From contig CBDFJG010000003.1 in the NCBI GenBank assembly GCA_965248445.1, positions 576,001 through 640,000 of the forward strand: DNA of 64,000 nucleotides, written 5' to 3'. The notes below the pieces were generated by a model. The model was not told the origin of the DNA. It did not search any database and saw only the letters and a list, made by a program, of their open reading frames with translations. Numbering within the stretch: position 1 is the first letter of the stretch; every line of letters begins with the position of its first letter. This document shows positions 38,523-51,271 of the stretch, one piece after another. A program made the translations under genes and the position numbers. The DNA is from Planctomycetota bacterium (GTDB taxonomy: Bacteria > Planctomycetota > JAJSAM01 > JAJVHW01).

Positions 38523-38704
38523 GGAATCGACGGGATGGCGATCCAGCGCTGAGTCGGCGCGGTTACTCGAAGCGGAAGTGCTCCTTCGCCAGCCAGCGCT
38601 CGGGAAGCGTCGCGAGACCGTCGAGCACCGCGCGGGCCGCCTGCGCGCGCAGACACGGCTGACTCGATCGAGTGTAACGCGAGGCGGGGGCCGGCGGTTC
38701 GGAG

Positions 38705-39796
38705 CTAGAGCCGCCGTTCAGAGTCGGGCACGTACTCCGAACCGTCCCGTCGCGCGAGCGCGACGTCCAGGGACGCGAGGATGGGCCGCTTGTCGTGGGG
38801 GAGCGTTCCACCGATGGGCAGGTAGTTGCTCGAGTGGTTCGCGCGGAAGATCGTCCCGTCGCAGTCGAGGTGCGCGACGAACTCGCGCAGTTCTCGCGTG
38901 ATCTCGTGGGCGGTCATCGCCTCGACCTGACCGAGCGCGACCTGCTCGAAGAGGGGTGTGCCCTCGACGGGCGTCATCACGAGCGTGCTGACGTACGTCG
39001 GCCGGATCCCGTTGATCACGCGGGCGGACTCGCGAGCGTGCTCGAGCGAGAGTGAGAGCCCGCCGGCTCCTAGGAGGACCATGGTGGATAGCCCCACATC
39101 CGCGGCCCGTGCCTTCTGTCCGACGCGGATCATCTCGTCGGCATCGACACCCTTGGTCAGGCGCGCGAGGACCTCGTCGTGTCCGCTCTCGACGCCGAGG
39201 TAGTAGTGGGCGAGTCCCGCCTCACGCAGCCACTCCATCTGGGACACGGTTCGGATCTGCAGTGCCTGGGGCGAGGCGTAGCAACTCACGCGCTCGAGGT
39301 CCGGGAACGCAGCGCGGAGGGCGAGCAGTATCCCGTGCAAGTAGGAAGGCGGCGCGATCAGCGCGTCGCCATCGGTCAGGAAGACGCGGCGGACGTCTCG
39401 GGTGTGCTGCCGCACCGCGTCGATCTCCGCCGTCACGTCGGCCAGCCGCCGGACACGGAACTTCTTGTCGCGGTACATCCCGCAGAACGCGCACTCGTTG
39501 TAGCTGCAGCCGATCGTCGCTTGGACGACCAGGCTGCGGGCCTCGGACGGGGGCCGGTAGAGGGTGCCGGCGTAGTCGCCGGCGGTCGGATTTCGCCCGT
39601 CGACGCCGCTCGTGAGTGCGGTATCGGGGCGGCAGTGCCCGGTGGCGAGATGGCTGGTGGGCGCGACCTCCCGCTGCAGGAGCCGTTGTTCACGGCTTCT
39701 GCCCCCTTGTCCGCCGACATGCGGACTCGGGTCGCGGGCGTTCGGTTGCGCCGCTCGGCGCGGCGCGCCCTCACGGGGCGGGAGCTGCTGGGTCAT
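38705..39796 (-). CDS. Radical SAM protein (start uncertain)
   Basis: YRPPSEA.SL..Q.T.GCSYNECAFC.MY, FL.DGDAL, G.ESG, F.ANH.SNY. The ~70-aa N-terminal extension is low-complexity. Confidence 0.88.
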   Translation of the reverse strand: MTQQLPPREGAPRRAAQPNARDPSPHVGGQGGRSREQRLLQREVAPTSHLATGHCRPDTALTSGVDGRNPTAGDYAGTLYRPPSEARSLVVQATIGCSYNECAFCGMYRDKKFRVRRLADVTAEIDAVRQHTRDVRRVFLTDGDALIAPPSYLHGILLALRAAFPDLERVSCYASPQALQIRTVSQMEWLREAGLAHYYLGVESGHDEVLARLTKGVDADEMIRVGQKARAADVGLSTMVLLGAGGLSLSLEHARESARVINGIRPTYVSTLVMTPVEGTPLFEQVALGQVEAMTAHEITRELREFVAHLDCDGTIFRANHSSNYLPIGGTLPHDKRPILASLDVALARRDGSEYVPDSERRL

Positions 39797-39836
39797 GGTC
39801 GTGGTCTCCGGCTCAACATGAGAGATGTGAGAAAGA

Positions 39837-39853
39837 ACTTTGCATCGCAAAGT
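39837..39853. promoter_or_regulatory. Palindromic operator ACTTTGC-N3-GCAAAGT upstream of the radical SAM gene
   Basis: Perfect 7-bp arms; a second copy is at 40899-40915. Confidence 0.75.
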
Positions 39854-39882
39854 AGATGGGCAAAAAAGAGAGAGGCGCGCAC

Positions 39883-40242
39883 TCAGCCTCCCCGGGTCGC
39901 GTGGATCAGCGCCTCCATGTGGTCGAGATAGCGCCCCAGGGCACGGCGTCCCTTGGCGGAGAGCCTGTACTCGGTGTGCGGTGTACGGCCCTGGAACGTC
40001 TTCTTGCAGAGGACGTAGCCGGCTTCTTCGAGCTTGCGCGCGTGCACGCTGAGGTTTCCGTCCGTCGCGCGCAGGATCTCCTTCAATTCAGTGAAGGACA
40101 GGCCCGCGTTGACCGCGAGTGCGCTGACGATGCCGAGCCGCACGCGCTCGTGGATGAGCTTGTCCAGCCCATCACCAGCGGATGCGAGACCGGCGAGACG
40201 ATCGAGGCGTGTCGGACGCTTGCGTTTGCGCTCAGCCCCCAT
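39883..40242 (-). CDS. Winged-helix transcriptional regulator (ArsR/MarR-like, HTH_34 type)
   Basis: LDKLIHERVRLGI.S.L, SF.ELK..L..TDGNLSVH.RKLEEAGY, T.Y.L...GR.AL. Confidence 0.9.
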   Translation of the reverse strand: MGAERKRKRPTRLDRLAGLASAGDGLDKLIHERVRLGIVSALAVNAGLSFTELKEILRATDGNLSVHARKLEEAGYVLCKKTFQGRTPHTEYRLSAKGRRALGRYLDHMEALIHATRGG

Positions 40243-40861
40243 GGTGCCTCGCGATCCAGAACCCGGAGAGCAGGTGAAGCCCGCCGAATCCGAGGACGAG
40301 CAGCGGCGTCCCCCAGGTTGCCGGCCCCACGGCGGCGACCGTTCCGAGCACCATGAAGGCGGCACCGGTGATCGGCACGACGGTGACGGAGTACGCGCCG
40401 CCCGTTACGACACCCGTGCCGTAGAGCAGCAACCAGACCGCGGGCAGCGCTTCCGTCATCCCCGCGCGATGGAGCACGACACTCAGCACGGCGCCCGCGA
40501 TGAGCGGGGGACAGAGGCCGAGCAGGAACTTGCGGCCCAGCCCCGAGAACAGCGGCACTCCCTCGCGGGATGCCTTGCGCGTCATCGCAAGTGCGCCGCC
40601 GCCGATGGCGATGGCCAGCGCGCACGACCAGGTCAGGAGCCACGCACCCGCCGGGACCTGACCCGCGGACACGAAACCCGCGACGATTGCGTAGAGCCCC
40701 ATGCCGACCGCACCCCAACCGGGCACCGCGGTGAAGCGCCCCGAGCGTTCAATCGTCGAGCGGATGTAGCGAAGGTCCGAGACCGCGCGGTCCCCGAGCG
40801 CGGGCGTTGCGCACGCATGAGGGGAGTCGTCGACCGGCGGGAGCTTGTGCAGCAGGGCCAT
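40232..40861 (-). CDS. Integral membrane protein co-transcribed with the wHTH regulator
   Basis: A..DL.YIR..IERS, about 6 TM helices, WLLLYG, FGGLH. Confidence 0.8.
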   Translation of the reverse strand: MALLHKLPPVDDSPHACATPALGDRAVSDLRYIRSTIERSGRFTAVPGWGAVGMGLYAIVAGFVSAGQVPAGAWLLTWSCALAIAIGGGALAMTRKASREGVPLFSGLGRKFLLGLCPPLIAGAVLSVVLHRAGMTEALPAVWLLLYGTGVVTGGAYSVTVVPITGAAFMVLGTVAAVGPATWGTPLLVLGFGGLHLLSGFWIARHHGG

Positions 40862-40898
40862 ACCCGGATCATCGGCACGCCCCACGAAACGGTCAAGC

Positions 40899-40915
40899 AC
40901 TTTGCGTTGCAAAGT
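40899..40915. promoter_or_regulatory. Palindromic operator ACTTTGC-N3-GCAAAGT upstream of the membrane protein/regulator operon
   Basis: Arms identical to 39837-39853; lies 38 nt upstream of the ATG. Confidence 0.75.
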
Positions 40916-40942
40916 CTATCTGAGGCTCGGCCGCCGCCGCTG

Positions 40943-42007
40943 CTACACGTCCTTCAGCCGCGCCTGCACGGCCTCTTCGACGACGACCGCGATCTTCGAG
41001 TAGGCGGCCGGCCCCTGGCCGTACGGGTCGGGGATGTCGCGGCCCTGCGGGTCGAGCGGGCGGATGCGCGCACGGGCGTCCGGGGAGAACTCGCAGATCG
41101 AGTCGCGATGCGCCTCGGTCATCACGAAGATCTCGTCCGCGTCCTCGACGAGGTTCAGCGTCAGCGGACGCGAGCGGTGCTGTGAGATGTCCAGGCCGTG
41201 GCGTTCGGCGACCTCCACTGCTTCGGCGGTGGCGGGCTCACCCTTCATGCACGCCGATCCAGCGGACTCGACACGCAGTCCGGCGAGCAGCAGTTCGTGG
41301 ATGTCCACGCCGCGGCGCTGGGCGAGCAGGCGTGTGGCGAACGCCGCGGCGAGCGGGCTCCTGCACCGATTCCCGGAGCAGACGAACAGGACCGTGTGGG
41401 CTGTCGCTTCTCGGATCTCGCGCTCGGGGATCACGCCTTCGCGCATCACCTCGACGTCGCCCTCGATGCCCACGCGAACCACGGACGAGCCCTTGCCGTG
41501 ACGGCACGGACCGCCGTCGATCACGGCGTCGAGCACGCGATCGAAGTATGCCAGCACCTGCGTGGCGGTGCGTGCGGGAGGCTGATCGCTCGGGTTCGCG
41601 CTCGTGGCGCCGATCACGAAGTCGCTGGCACCGAGCAACGCCTGTGCGACCGCGAGGTCGGGCACGCGGAATCCGGTGGGCCGTCCGTGCCGGTCCGGCG
41701 TCACCAGCGTCAGCGGCCCGGGCCAGAAGCGCTCGGTCAGTTTGCGCGCCGTCAGAGGCAGATCGCGGATGTGCTTCGAGATGGCTTTCGTGTCCGCGAG
41801 GTGGACCGTGAGGGGCTTCGCGTCCGGACGCCCCTTCGCCTGGTAGAGGCGTCGGGTCGCCGCCTCGTCCCGCAGGTTGACGGCGATCCCGTAGACCGTC
41901 TCCGTCGGGAACGCGACGAGACCGCCGTCCTGAATGATCTGGGCCAGCGCCGCCAGCTCCGGCCAGGGGCCTTCGTCGGGATCGAGCTTGACGACGTCGG
42001 TGTCCAC
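40943..42007 (-). CDS. Threonylcarbamoyl-AMP synthase (TsaC/Sua5) fused to a low-molecular-weight protein phosphatase domain
   Basis: VAFPTETVYG, KGRP..KPL, FWPGPLT, TSANPS; then VLFVCSGNRCRSP and DIPDPYG. Confidence 0.92.
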   Translation of the reverse strand: MDTDVVKLDPDEGPWPELAALAQIIQDGGLVAFPTETVYGIAVNLRDEAATRRLYQAKGRPDAKPLTVHLADTKAISKHIRDLPLTARKLTERFWPGPLTLVTPDRHGRPTGFRVPDLAVAQALLGASDFVIGATSANPSDQPPARTATQVLAYFDRVLDAVIDGGPCRHGKGSSVVRVGIEGDVEVMREGVIPEREIREATAHTVLFVCSGNRCRSPLAAAFATRLLAQRRGVDIHELLLAGLRVESAGSACMKGEPATAEAVEVAERHGLDISQHRSRPLTLNLVEDADEIFVMTEAHRDSICEFSPDARARIRPLDPQGRDIPDPYGQGPAAYSKIAVVVEEAVQARLKDV

Positions 42008-42093
42008 GCACCCGAGGCTACGGAAAAGGACCTACGGCTGGCCGGAGGTTCGCGGGGTGGGGGCGGGGCGGCTACCGTCCCTGACAAGACGTC

Positions 42094-42911
42094 ATGGATC
42101 CACACCTGAAAGACCGCCTCGCGTTCATGGGCTCGCTGGCCGGCGGTCTGGCCCACGAGATCAAGAATCCGCTGTCCACCATGACGATCACGCTGGGTCT
42201 TCTGCGCGAGGACTTCGAACAGCAGGAGCAGGACGAGGGCTCGACGCAGCACGGACGCCGCACGCTGCGGAAGATCCAGTTGCTCGAGGCCGAGGTCGTG
42301 CGGCTCGAGAACATCCTGGTGGACTTCCTCCAGTTCGCGGGCGGGCACGCGGTGCGGCCCGAACTGGTCGACGTCAACGTGTGGCTCGAGGAGCTGCTCG
42401 ACTTCTTCGAACCCAGTGCGGAGAAGGGCGGTGTTCAGCTCGACCGGCAGCTCGCGGTGGGGCTGCCGGACGTGCTGGTCGATCGCGAACTCATGAAGCA
42501 GGCGACGCTGAACCTGCTGAACAACGCCGTGGAGGCCATGCCGGACGGCGGTTCACTGACGGTGCGGACGTGGTCGCCCGGCGACCGCGTCCACGTCGAG
42601 GTGATCGACACGGGAACGGGCATCCACCCGGCGGACGTGCCGCGCGTCTTCCAGGTGTACTTCTCGACCAAGGACACCGGGTCGGGACTCGGCCTCCCGA
42701 CTGTGCGGCGGATCCTGGCGGAACACGGAGGGGATGTGCTCGTCGAGTCGACGCTCGGCTCGGGCACGCGTTTCACCCTCGTCCTGCCGCGCCCGTCCGC
42801 AATCTCCGGGAGCGAGACCTTGCGCCTTCCCGGCGCTTCGGCGAACGACGTGGTGAACGTCCTCGCGCGTCCGGGTGAGAACACCACGGACGCGCCGGAC
42901 ACGGAGGATTC

Positions 42912-42915
<4 letters not shown>
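42094..42915 (+). CDS. Histidine kinase lacking any sensor domain
   Basis: H-box LAHEIKNPL at residue ~20; N-box NLLNNA; DTGTGI; FSTK..GSGLGL. Confidence 0.92.
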
Positions 42916-44344
<1,429 letters not shown>

Positions 44345-44348
<4 letters not shown>

Positions 44349-44818
44349 CGCGGCTCCTGGCGGTCGTCGCTTTCGTGGTGGCCGTCGCGGCGTGTGGAGA
44401 TCCCCGCGCCTCCCACTACACCCCGCACGAGCCCGCTGTCGCCGACGTGGTCGGCCGCTACGAGTACGACGCGGACCTGACCTACTTCGGCGACGAGGTC
44501 GCTCCGCTGCCGGAGACCGATCCGCCTTCCGTGCTGATCCTCCGCGCCGACGGGACCTTCACGGCGACCGACTTGCCGGCGGATCAGCGCGAGTTCGACC
44601 CGGTGCCTCTCGTTTCGGCGAGCGGCCAGTGGACGATCGGCACCGTCGGGCAGGTGTACTCGGGCGACGAGGGGCGCCCGGTCTACGCGATCGAGTTCGA
44701 CGGCGAGCCCCGTCTGCAGTCGGCCTCGATCCTTGACGATGCGCCGCCACACCGGCTGGCGATCAGCCTGGGCGATCCCGACGAGGGCGCCGGTATGGCC
44801 CTTCGTCGCGCGGACTGA
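44345..44818 (+). CDS. Hypothetical lipoprotein
   Basis: Lipobox VAVAA-C; L.L.ADGTF..G.W beta-rich pattern; GTGA coupling to the upstream gene. Confidence 0.7.
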
Positions 44819-44843
44819 GGTCTTGCGCCTCGACCTCGCACTC

Positions 44844-44939
44844 TGACAGCCTGACAGCGGGCTGCGCGGGCCAGGCTCGCTCCTGCCACCCTGGCAAGGC
44901 TCTGGATGTGATTCAACTCCCTTCCAGGTAACGGGTTGA
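44844..44939 (+). promoter_or_regulatory. Candidate regulatory sites upstream of dnaK
   Basis: TGACA-GCC-TGACA (44844-44856), TGCCA-CCC-TGGCA (44884-44896), TCAAC-N17-GTTGA (44913-44939). Confidence 0.45.
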
Positions 44940-45012
44940 GGCGGATTGTCTCCGGCGGCCCGCAGGCACACGGTTTGATCTTCTCCGGTCGTTCAAAGGA
45001 ACGGAGAACGAC

Positions 45013-46947
<1,935 letters not shown>

Positions 46948-47062
46948 CAGCCCACCATCCGCCGGAGGGTCGGGTCACGCCTGTGCCGACACAGAACACG
47001 AGCGGTCACCGCAGCGCGGTGGCCGCCTGTTCGATTCCGGCCGCGGCGTTACACTCGTCTCC

Positions 47063-47602
47063 ATGCGTACGCCCGCCCTCGCGCTCGTCCTCTTGCTTGC
47101 CGCGTGCGCGAGCGACCACTCGTACGAAGCCGGCCCCGGACTGAGCCCCGAGGTACGGGCGGCTCTGCAGGCCGGTCCCTCCGGGGTGATGCGGCTCGAC
47201 GTCGGCCGCGGGACCTACCAGATCCCTGCCGGTCACCTCGCGCGGGAGCGCGATGCGCTGCTCGGCGCGCTCCTGAGGGCGCCGGTGCCGACGCCCTGGT
47301 GGGCCGACGCGAGCGGGAACCCGGGCGTCGTCCGGGTGTTCTTCGAGGACCACGATCAAGTCGTGCTCCACGAACGCCGCGAGCTGCTGCAGTTCGACTC
47401 CACCCAGGGCCGGTTCGCGCTGGTGCGCACCGATGGTATCTACCACTCCGAACTGGTCGAGCCCGAGGACCCGACGCATCACTACGTCGTGGAGTTCGAG
47501 CCGACACCCGAAGTCGATCGCGCATGGGACGCGCTCGTGCACGCCGCCGACGGTGTTGCCGTGACCGGCGTGTTGGCGGAGTCGCTCGTGGACGCTCGCT
47601 AG
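47063..47602 (+). CDS. Hypothetical lipoprotein
   Basis: Lipobox LLLAA-C. Confidence 0.65.
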   Translation: MRTPALALVLLLAACASDHSYEAGPGLSPEVRAALQAGPSGVMRLDVGRGTYQIPAGHLARERDALLGALLRAPVPTPWWADASGNPGVVRVFFEDHDQVVLHERRELLQFDSTQGRFALVRTDGIYHSELVEPEDPTHHYVVEFEPTPEVDRAWDALVHAADGVAVTGVLAESLVDAR

Positions 47603-47637
47603 CGCGGTCGCGTCGCCGATATGCTGTCGGGTCTGCC

Positions 47638-48720
47638 ATGCGTCGGATAGCGACCGTCCTCGGCCTCCTTGCTGCTGTCGCCGCCCTAGCCTGGTGGTCG
47701 CTGTCGCCGCAGGAAGCGGAGGCGCCGGACGGGCCGGATCGCGCGAGCCCGACAACGCAGGAACCGGACTCTACACGGATCCCACGGCTGCGGGTGGCGC
47801 TGCCGAGAGACGCCCGGGAACGGGTGATCTACCTGCACGAGCACCTGCGGGCGCTGCGCGCCCGGTTCGACGCCGGCGTCGCAACCGAGAATGATGTCGC
47901 GGAGACCGAGCGTGCGCTGTGGATCGCTCGCGTGGCGGCGCGCGAGGTCTCGGAGAAGGCGTCGTACACCGAGGTCGCCAGGCTCGACGCGGAGGCGCTG
48001 AGCCGGGTGGAACGCAGGGAGGAGCAAGGAGTCGTGACCCCCGACGTGAAGTGGGTCGCACGTGTCCGTCTGCAGCAGTCGAAGCGGCGTGCGGGACATG
48101 ACGACGAGGAGTTCACCGCGGTGCGCGCCGCGTATCTCCAGTTCCTCGCCGCCGACAACGAGGCGAGGCTCCGGTCCGGTGTCAGCACGCCACGCGAGGT
48201 GCATCGCCGCGTCTTCGACGCGTGCAGCATATTCCCGTCGGCCGACGGTGCGAAGGACGCCGCGTGGGATCGGGCGGGCGCTGCCCTCCGCGACGTGCTC
48301 GCTGCGGATCTCGAGCGAGTGGGCGCGCAGACGCCGGGCGCGCGTCGCGTCGCTCTGGAGCTCGAGCTCGTGGACGTTTGCGAGGCGATCGGAGACGTCG
48401 CTGCCGACGACGCGCACACCCAGCGGGCGGTCATCTACGAGCAGGTCTTCCGGGAGCTCGAGCGGCGCACGGGGGCGACAGCCCCGTCGTCTGGCGACCT
48501 GGCCGCCGCCCGGCTGCGATGGCACCGCGAGATGCACTTCGGCGGTGAGAACAACCAGTACGTGCGCTTGCGCGAGCAGCTGTTCCGCGACGAACGTAAG
48601 CGTCTCGACACGCTCGTCTCGAACGGTCTGCTGGGCCCGAGCGAGCGCGCCACGACGATGGAGCGTCTGCGGGTGGAGTTCCCCGCCGCGAACGTGCTCG
48701 AAGATGTGCCCGGCGACTAG
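47638..48720 (+). CDS. Hypothetical membrane-anchored helical-repeat protein (TolC/OEP-like helical motifs)
   Basis: N-terminal TM; repeats LRARFDAGVAT, RREEQGVVT, RLRSGVST, LVSNGLLG. Confidence 0.65.
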   Translation: MRRIATVLGLLAAVAALAWWSLSPQEAEAPDGPDRASPTTQEPDSTRIPRLRVALPRDARERVIYLHEHLRALRARFDAGVATENDVAETERALWIARVAAREVSEKASYTEVARLDAEALSRVERREEQGVVTPDVKWVARVRLQQSKRRAGHDDEEFTAVRAAYLQFLAADNEARLRSGVSTPREVHRRVFDACSIFPSADGAKDAAWDRAGAALRDVLAADLERVGAQTPGARRVALELELVDVCEAIGDVAADDAHTQRAVIYEQVFRELERRTGATAPSSGDLAAARLRWHREMHFGGENNQYVRLREQLFRDERKRLDTLVSNGLLGPSERATTMERLRVEFPAANVLEDVPGD

Positions 48721-48768
48721 CCCGAAGAGGGGATCCGCCGGTCTGCACCGCTTCGCGGGCGGCCTAAG

Positions 48769-48874
48769 CTCAGGACTGCACTGGCCGGGCGCCTTGCGGC
48801 GCTGGGGATCCACGTTGTTCCGGGTGTCGCCAACTTCCTGCTCTGCCGGCTCCCGGCCCACGGCCCGGATACGT
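48769..48874 (+). pseudogene. Fragment resembling the C-terminus of a HisC/CobD-type aminotransferase
   Basis: Translates LRTALAGRLAALGIHVVPGVANFLLCRLPAHGPD with no start codon. Confidence 0.55.
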
Positions 48875-48967
48875 CCATCGTCGAGATGGAGAGCACACGG
48901 GTTGAGGACGATGGGGTCCTTGCGGACTGAAAGCGGTGCACGAGGCGAAGGGGGATCGGAGCATCGG

Positions 48968-51271
48968 GTGAGAGGACTCGGCGCGACTGTCGCCTTGCTG
49001 TTCTGCGCGACCGTCGCTGCGTGCGGAGGTGCGGACTCCGATCCCTCGTCGCCACGCCTTGACTACGTCGGGCGGGCGGCGTGCGCTGCTTGCCATGCGG
49101 ATGAGCACGAAGCGTGGAGCGGTTCGCACCACGATCTCGCGATGCAGGTGCCGACGGCGAGGACGGTCCTCGGGGACTTCGGCGGCGTCACGCTCGATTG
49201 GTGCGGCGTCACCTCCACGTTCACGCAGCGTGGCGACGAGTTCATCGTGCGCACCGAAGGCGACGACGGGGAGCTGCACGACTACACGGTTGCGTACACG
49301 TTCGGGGTCACGCCGCTGCAGCAGTACCTCGTGGAGTTCCCCGGCGGGCGGTACCAGACGCTCCCGTTCTGCTGGGACTCGCGCCCGGCGGATGCGGGAG
49401 GCCAGCGGTGGTTCCACATCTACCAGGACGAGCGGATCCCGCCCGGCGACGGGCTGTTCTGGACCGGGCGCGCCCAGAACTGGCAGATCATGTGCGCGGA
49501 GTGCCACTCGACACACCTCGTGAAGAACCACGATATCGAGACAGACTCCTACGCGACGACGTGGTCCGAGATCGACGTGTCCTGCGAGGCCTGTCACGGT
49601 CCGGGGCGCGAGCACGTGGCGTGGGGCGAGTCGCGGGCCGGGCGGGGGGTGGATCCGTACGAAGACGATCCGGATGACCCGATGGGCCTCGATGTAGTGC
49701 TGCGGCGCAGCACGCTACCGCCATGGGAGATCGACCCGGAGACCGGCAACGCGAAGCGCGAGCGGAGGCCGGAGGACGACGCCGAGATCGACGCATGCGC
49801 ACGCTGCCACTCTCGGCGCAGCCAGATGCGGGACGAGTACGTCCACGGCGGGCCGCTGCTCGACACGCACCGGGTCGCCCTGCTCGAGGAGCACCTGTAC
49901 TTCCCCGACGGTCAGATCAAGGGCGAGGTCTACGTCTACGGCTCGTTCGTGCAGAGCAAGATGTACGCCTCGGGCGTCGGCTGCACTGACTGCCACGAGC
50001 CGCACTCGCTGTCCTTGCGCGCGGAGGGCAACGCGCTCTGCACGCGCTGCCACCTGGACACCCAGTACGACGTGCCGGAGCACCACAACCACGAGCAGAA
50101 TGGCACGGGTGCCGCGTGCGTCGCGTGTCACATGCCGGAACGGACGTACATGGTCGTCGACCCCCGTCGGGACCACAGCCTCCGCGTGCCACGGCCGGAC
50201 CTGACACGCAAGACCGGGTCGCCCAACGCATGCAACGGGTGCCACGCCGACGAGCCGGTGGCGTGGGCCGAACAGCACGTCACCGCGTGGTACGGAGACG
50301 CGCGTTCCACCACGGAGCACTACGGCGACGTGTTCCGCGCGGCGCGCACCGGCGGGCCCGATCATGGGGCGCGCCTGATCCGGCTGGCATCCGACGGGAC
50401 GCAGACGGTGATCGTCCGCGCCACGGCGCTCTCGCTGCTGGGCGGCGCGGCGACGCCAGGCGCGGAGCGTCTGGTCGGCGCGTCGCTCCACGATGCAGAT
50501 TCGCTCGTGCGAGGTGTGGCGGCGAACATGCTGAGCGGACGGCCCCTGCCCGCGCGTGGCGCGGCGATCCCGCTGCTGCGGGATCCGGTGCTCGGCGTGC
50601 GCGTCGCCGCCGCGGAGGCGCTCCTCCCATTGATGGCGACGATGACGGGCGACGACGCCGTTGCGATGGACTCGGCGTACTCAGAACTCGTGGCGTATCA
50701 CCTGGCCACGAGTGACCGACCGGACGCGCACGTGAGCCTGGGCGCCTCGCATGCGGAGGCGGGGCGGGAGGAGGATGCAGAGAAGTCGTACCGGACCGCG
50801 CTGCGCCTCGATCCCTCGCTGGGCGCCGCATACGTGAACCTGGCGGAGCTCTTCAGGACGCAGCGGCGGGACGCCGACGGCGAGGCGCTGCTCTCGAAGG
50901 CGGCTTCGGAGCATCCGGACCAGGCCGCGTTGCATCACGCCCTTGGACTCGCGCGCGTGCGCCTCTCGCGAGTCGACGCGGCCCTGCCCTCACTCACTCG
51001 CGCGGCGGAGTTGGCCCCGGACGTGGCGCGCTACGGCTACGCGCACGGCGTCGCGTTGCACTCGACGGGGGATCTCCGAGGTGCGATCGCGGTGCTGACG
51101 GCGGCGCACGAGCGCCACCCGCGAGACGTCTCGATCGTGGAGGCGCTGGCTACCATCCACCGAGAAGCGGGAGAGTCGGAGGCGGCGCTGCGTTACGCGG
51201 CGGTACTCGTCGCGCTGCGTCCGGGAGATCCGGCGGCGAGACGGTTGCTCGAGCAGTTGCAGGGGCGTTAG
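48968..51271 (+). CDS. Multiheme c-type cytochrome lipoprotein (8 CxxCH) with HEAT and TPR repeats
   Basis: GGAG RBS before GTG (ATG 48911 is an alternative); lipobox VAA-C; CAACH, CAECH, CEACH, CARCH, CTDCH, CTRCH, CVACH, CNGCH; C-terminal TPRs. Confidence 0.92.
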   Translation: MRGLGATVALLFCATVAACGGADSDPSSPRLDYVGRAACAACHADEHEAWSGSHHDLAMQVPTARTVLGDFGGVTLDWCGVTSTFTQRGDEFIVRTEGDDGELHDYTVAYTFGVTPLQQYLVEFPGGRYQTLPFCWDSRPADAGGQRWFHIYQDERIPPGDGLFWTGRAQNWQIMCAECHSTHLVKNHDIETDSYATTWSEIDVSCEACHGPGREHVAWGESRAGRGVDPYEDDPDDPMGLDVVLRRSTLPPWEIDPETGNAKRERRPEDDAEIDACARCHSRRSQMRDEYVHGGPLLDTHRVALLEEHLYFPDGQIKGEVYVYGSFVQSKMYASGVGCTDCHEPHSLSLRAEGNALCTRCHLDTQYDVPEHHNHEQNGTGAACVACHMPERTYMVVDPRRDHSLRVPRPDLTRKTGSPNACNGCHADEPVAWAEQHVTAWYGDARSTTEHYGDVFRAARTGGPDHGARLIRLASDGTQTVIVRATALSLLGGAATPGAERLVGASLHDADSLVRGVAANMLSGRPLPARGAAIPLLRDPVLGVRVAAAEALLPLMATMTGDDAVAMDSAYSELVAYHLATSDRPDAHVSLGASHAEAGREEDAEKSYRTALRLDPSLGAAYVNLAELFRTQRRDADGEALLSKAASEHPDQAALHHALGLARVRLSRVDAALPSLTRAAELAPDVARYGYAHGVALHSTGDLRGAIAVLTAAHERHPRDVSIVEALATIHREAGESEAALRYAAVLVALRPGDPAARRLLEQLQGR

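Noticed and set aside
38563..38660. Protein-like tail (RAQAARAVLDGLATLPERWLAKEHFRFE) on the minus strand after the radical SAM gene
   Set aside because: May be a gene remnant, but there is no credible start and no family was recognised.
44892..44906. Sigma-54 promoter for dnaK (TGGCAAGGCTCTGGA)
   Set aside because: The -24 TGGCA is present but the -12 position reads GA rather than GC; too weak to call.
48718..48930. Pyrrolysine or amber readthrough extending the 47638 gene
   Set aside because: The downstream peptide resembles an unrelated aminotransferase fragment, and no pyl genes are present in the window.
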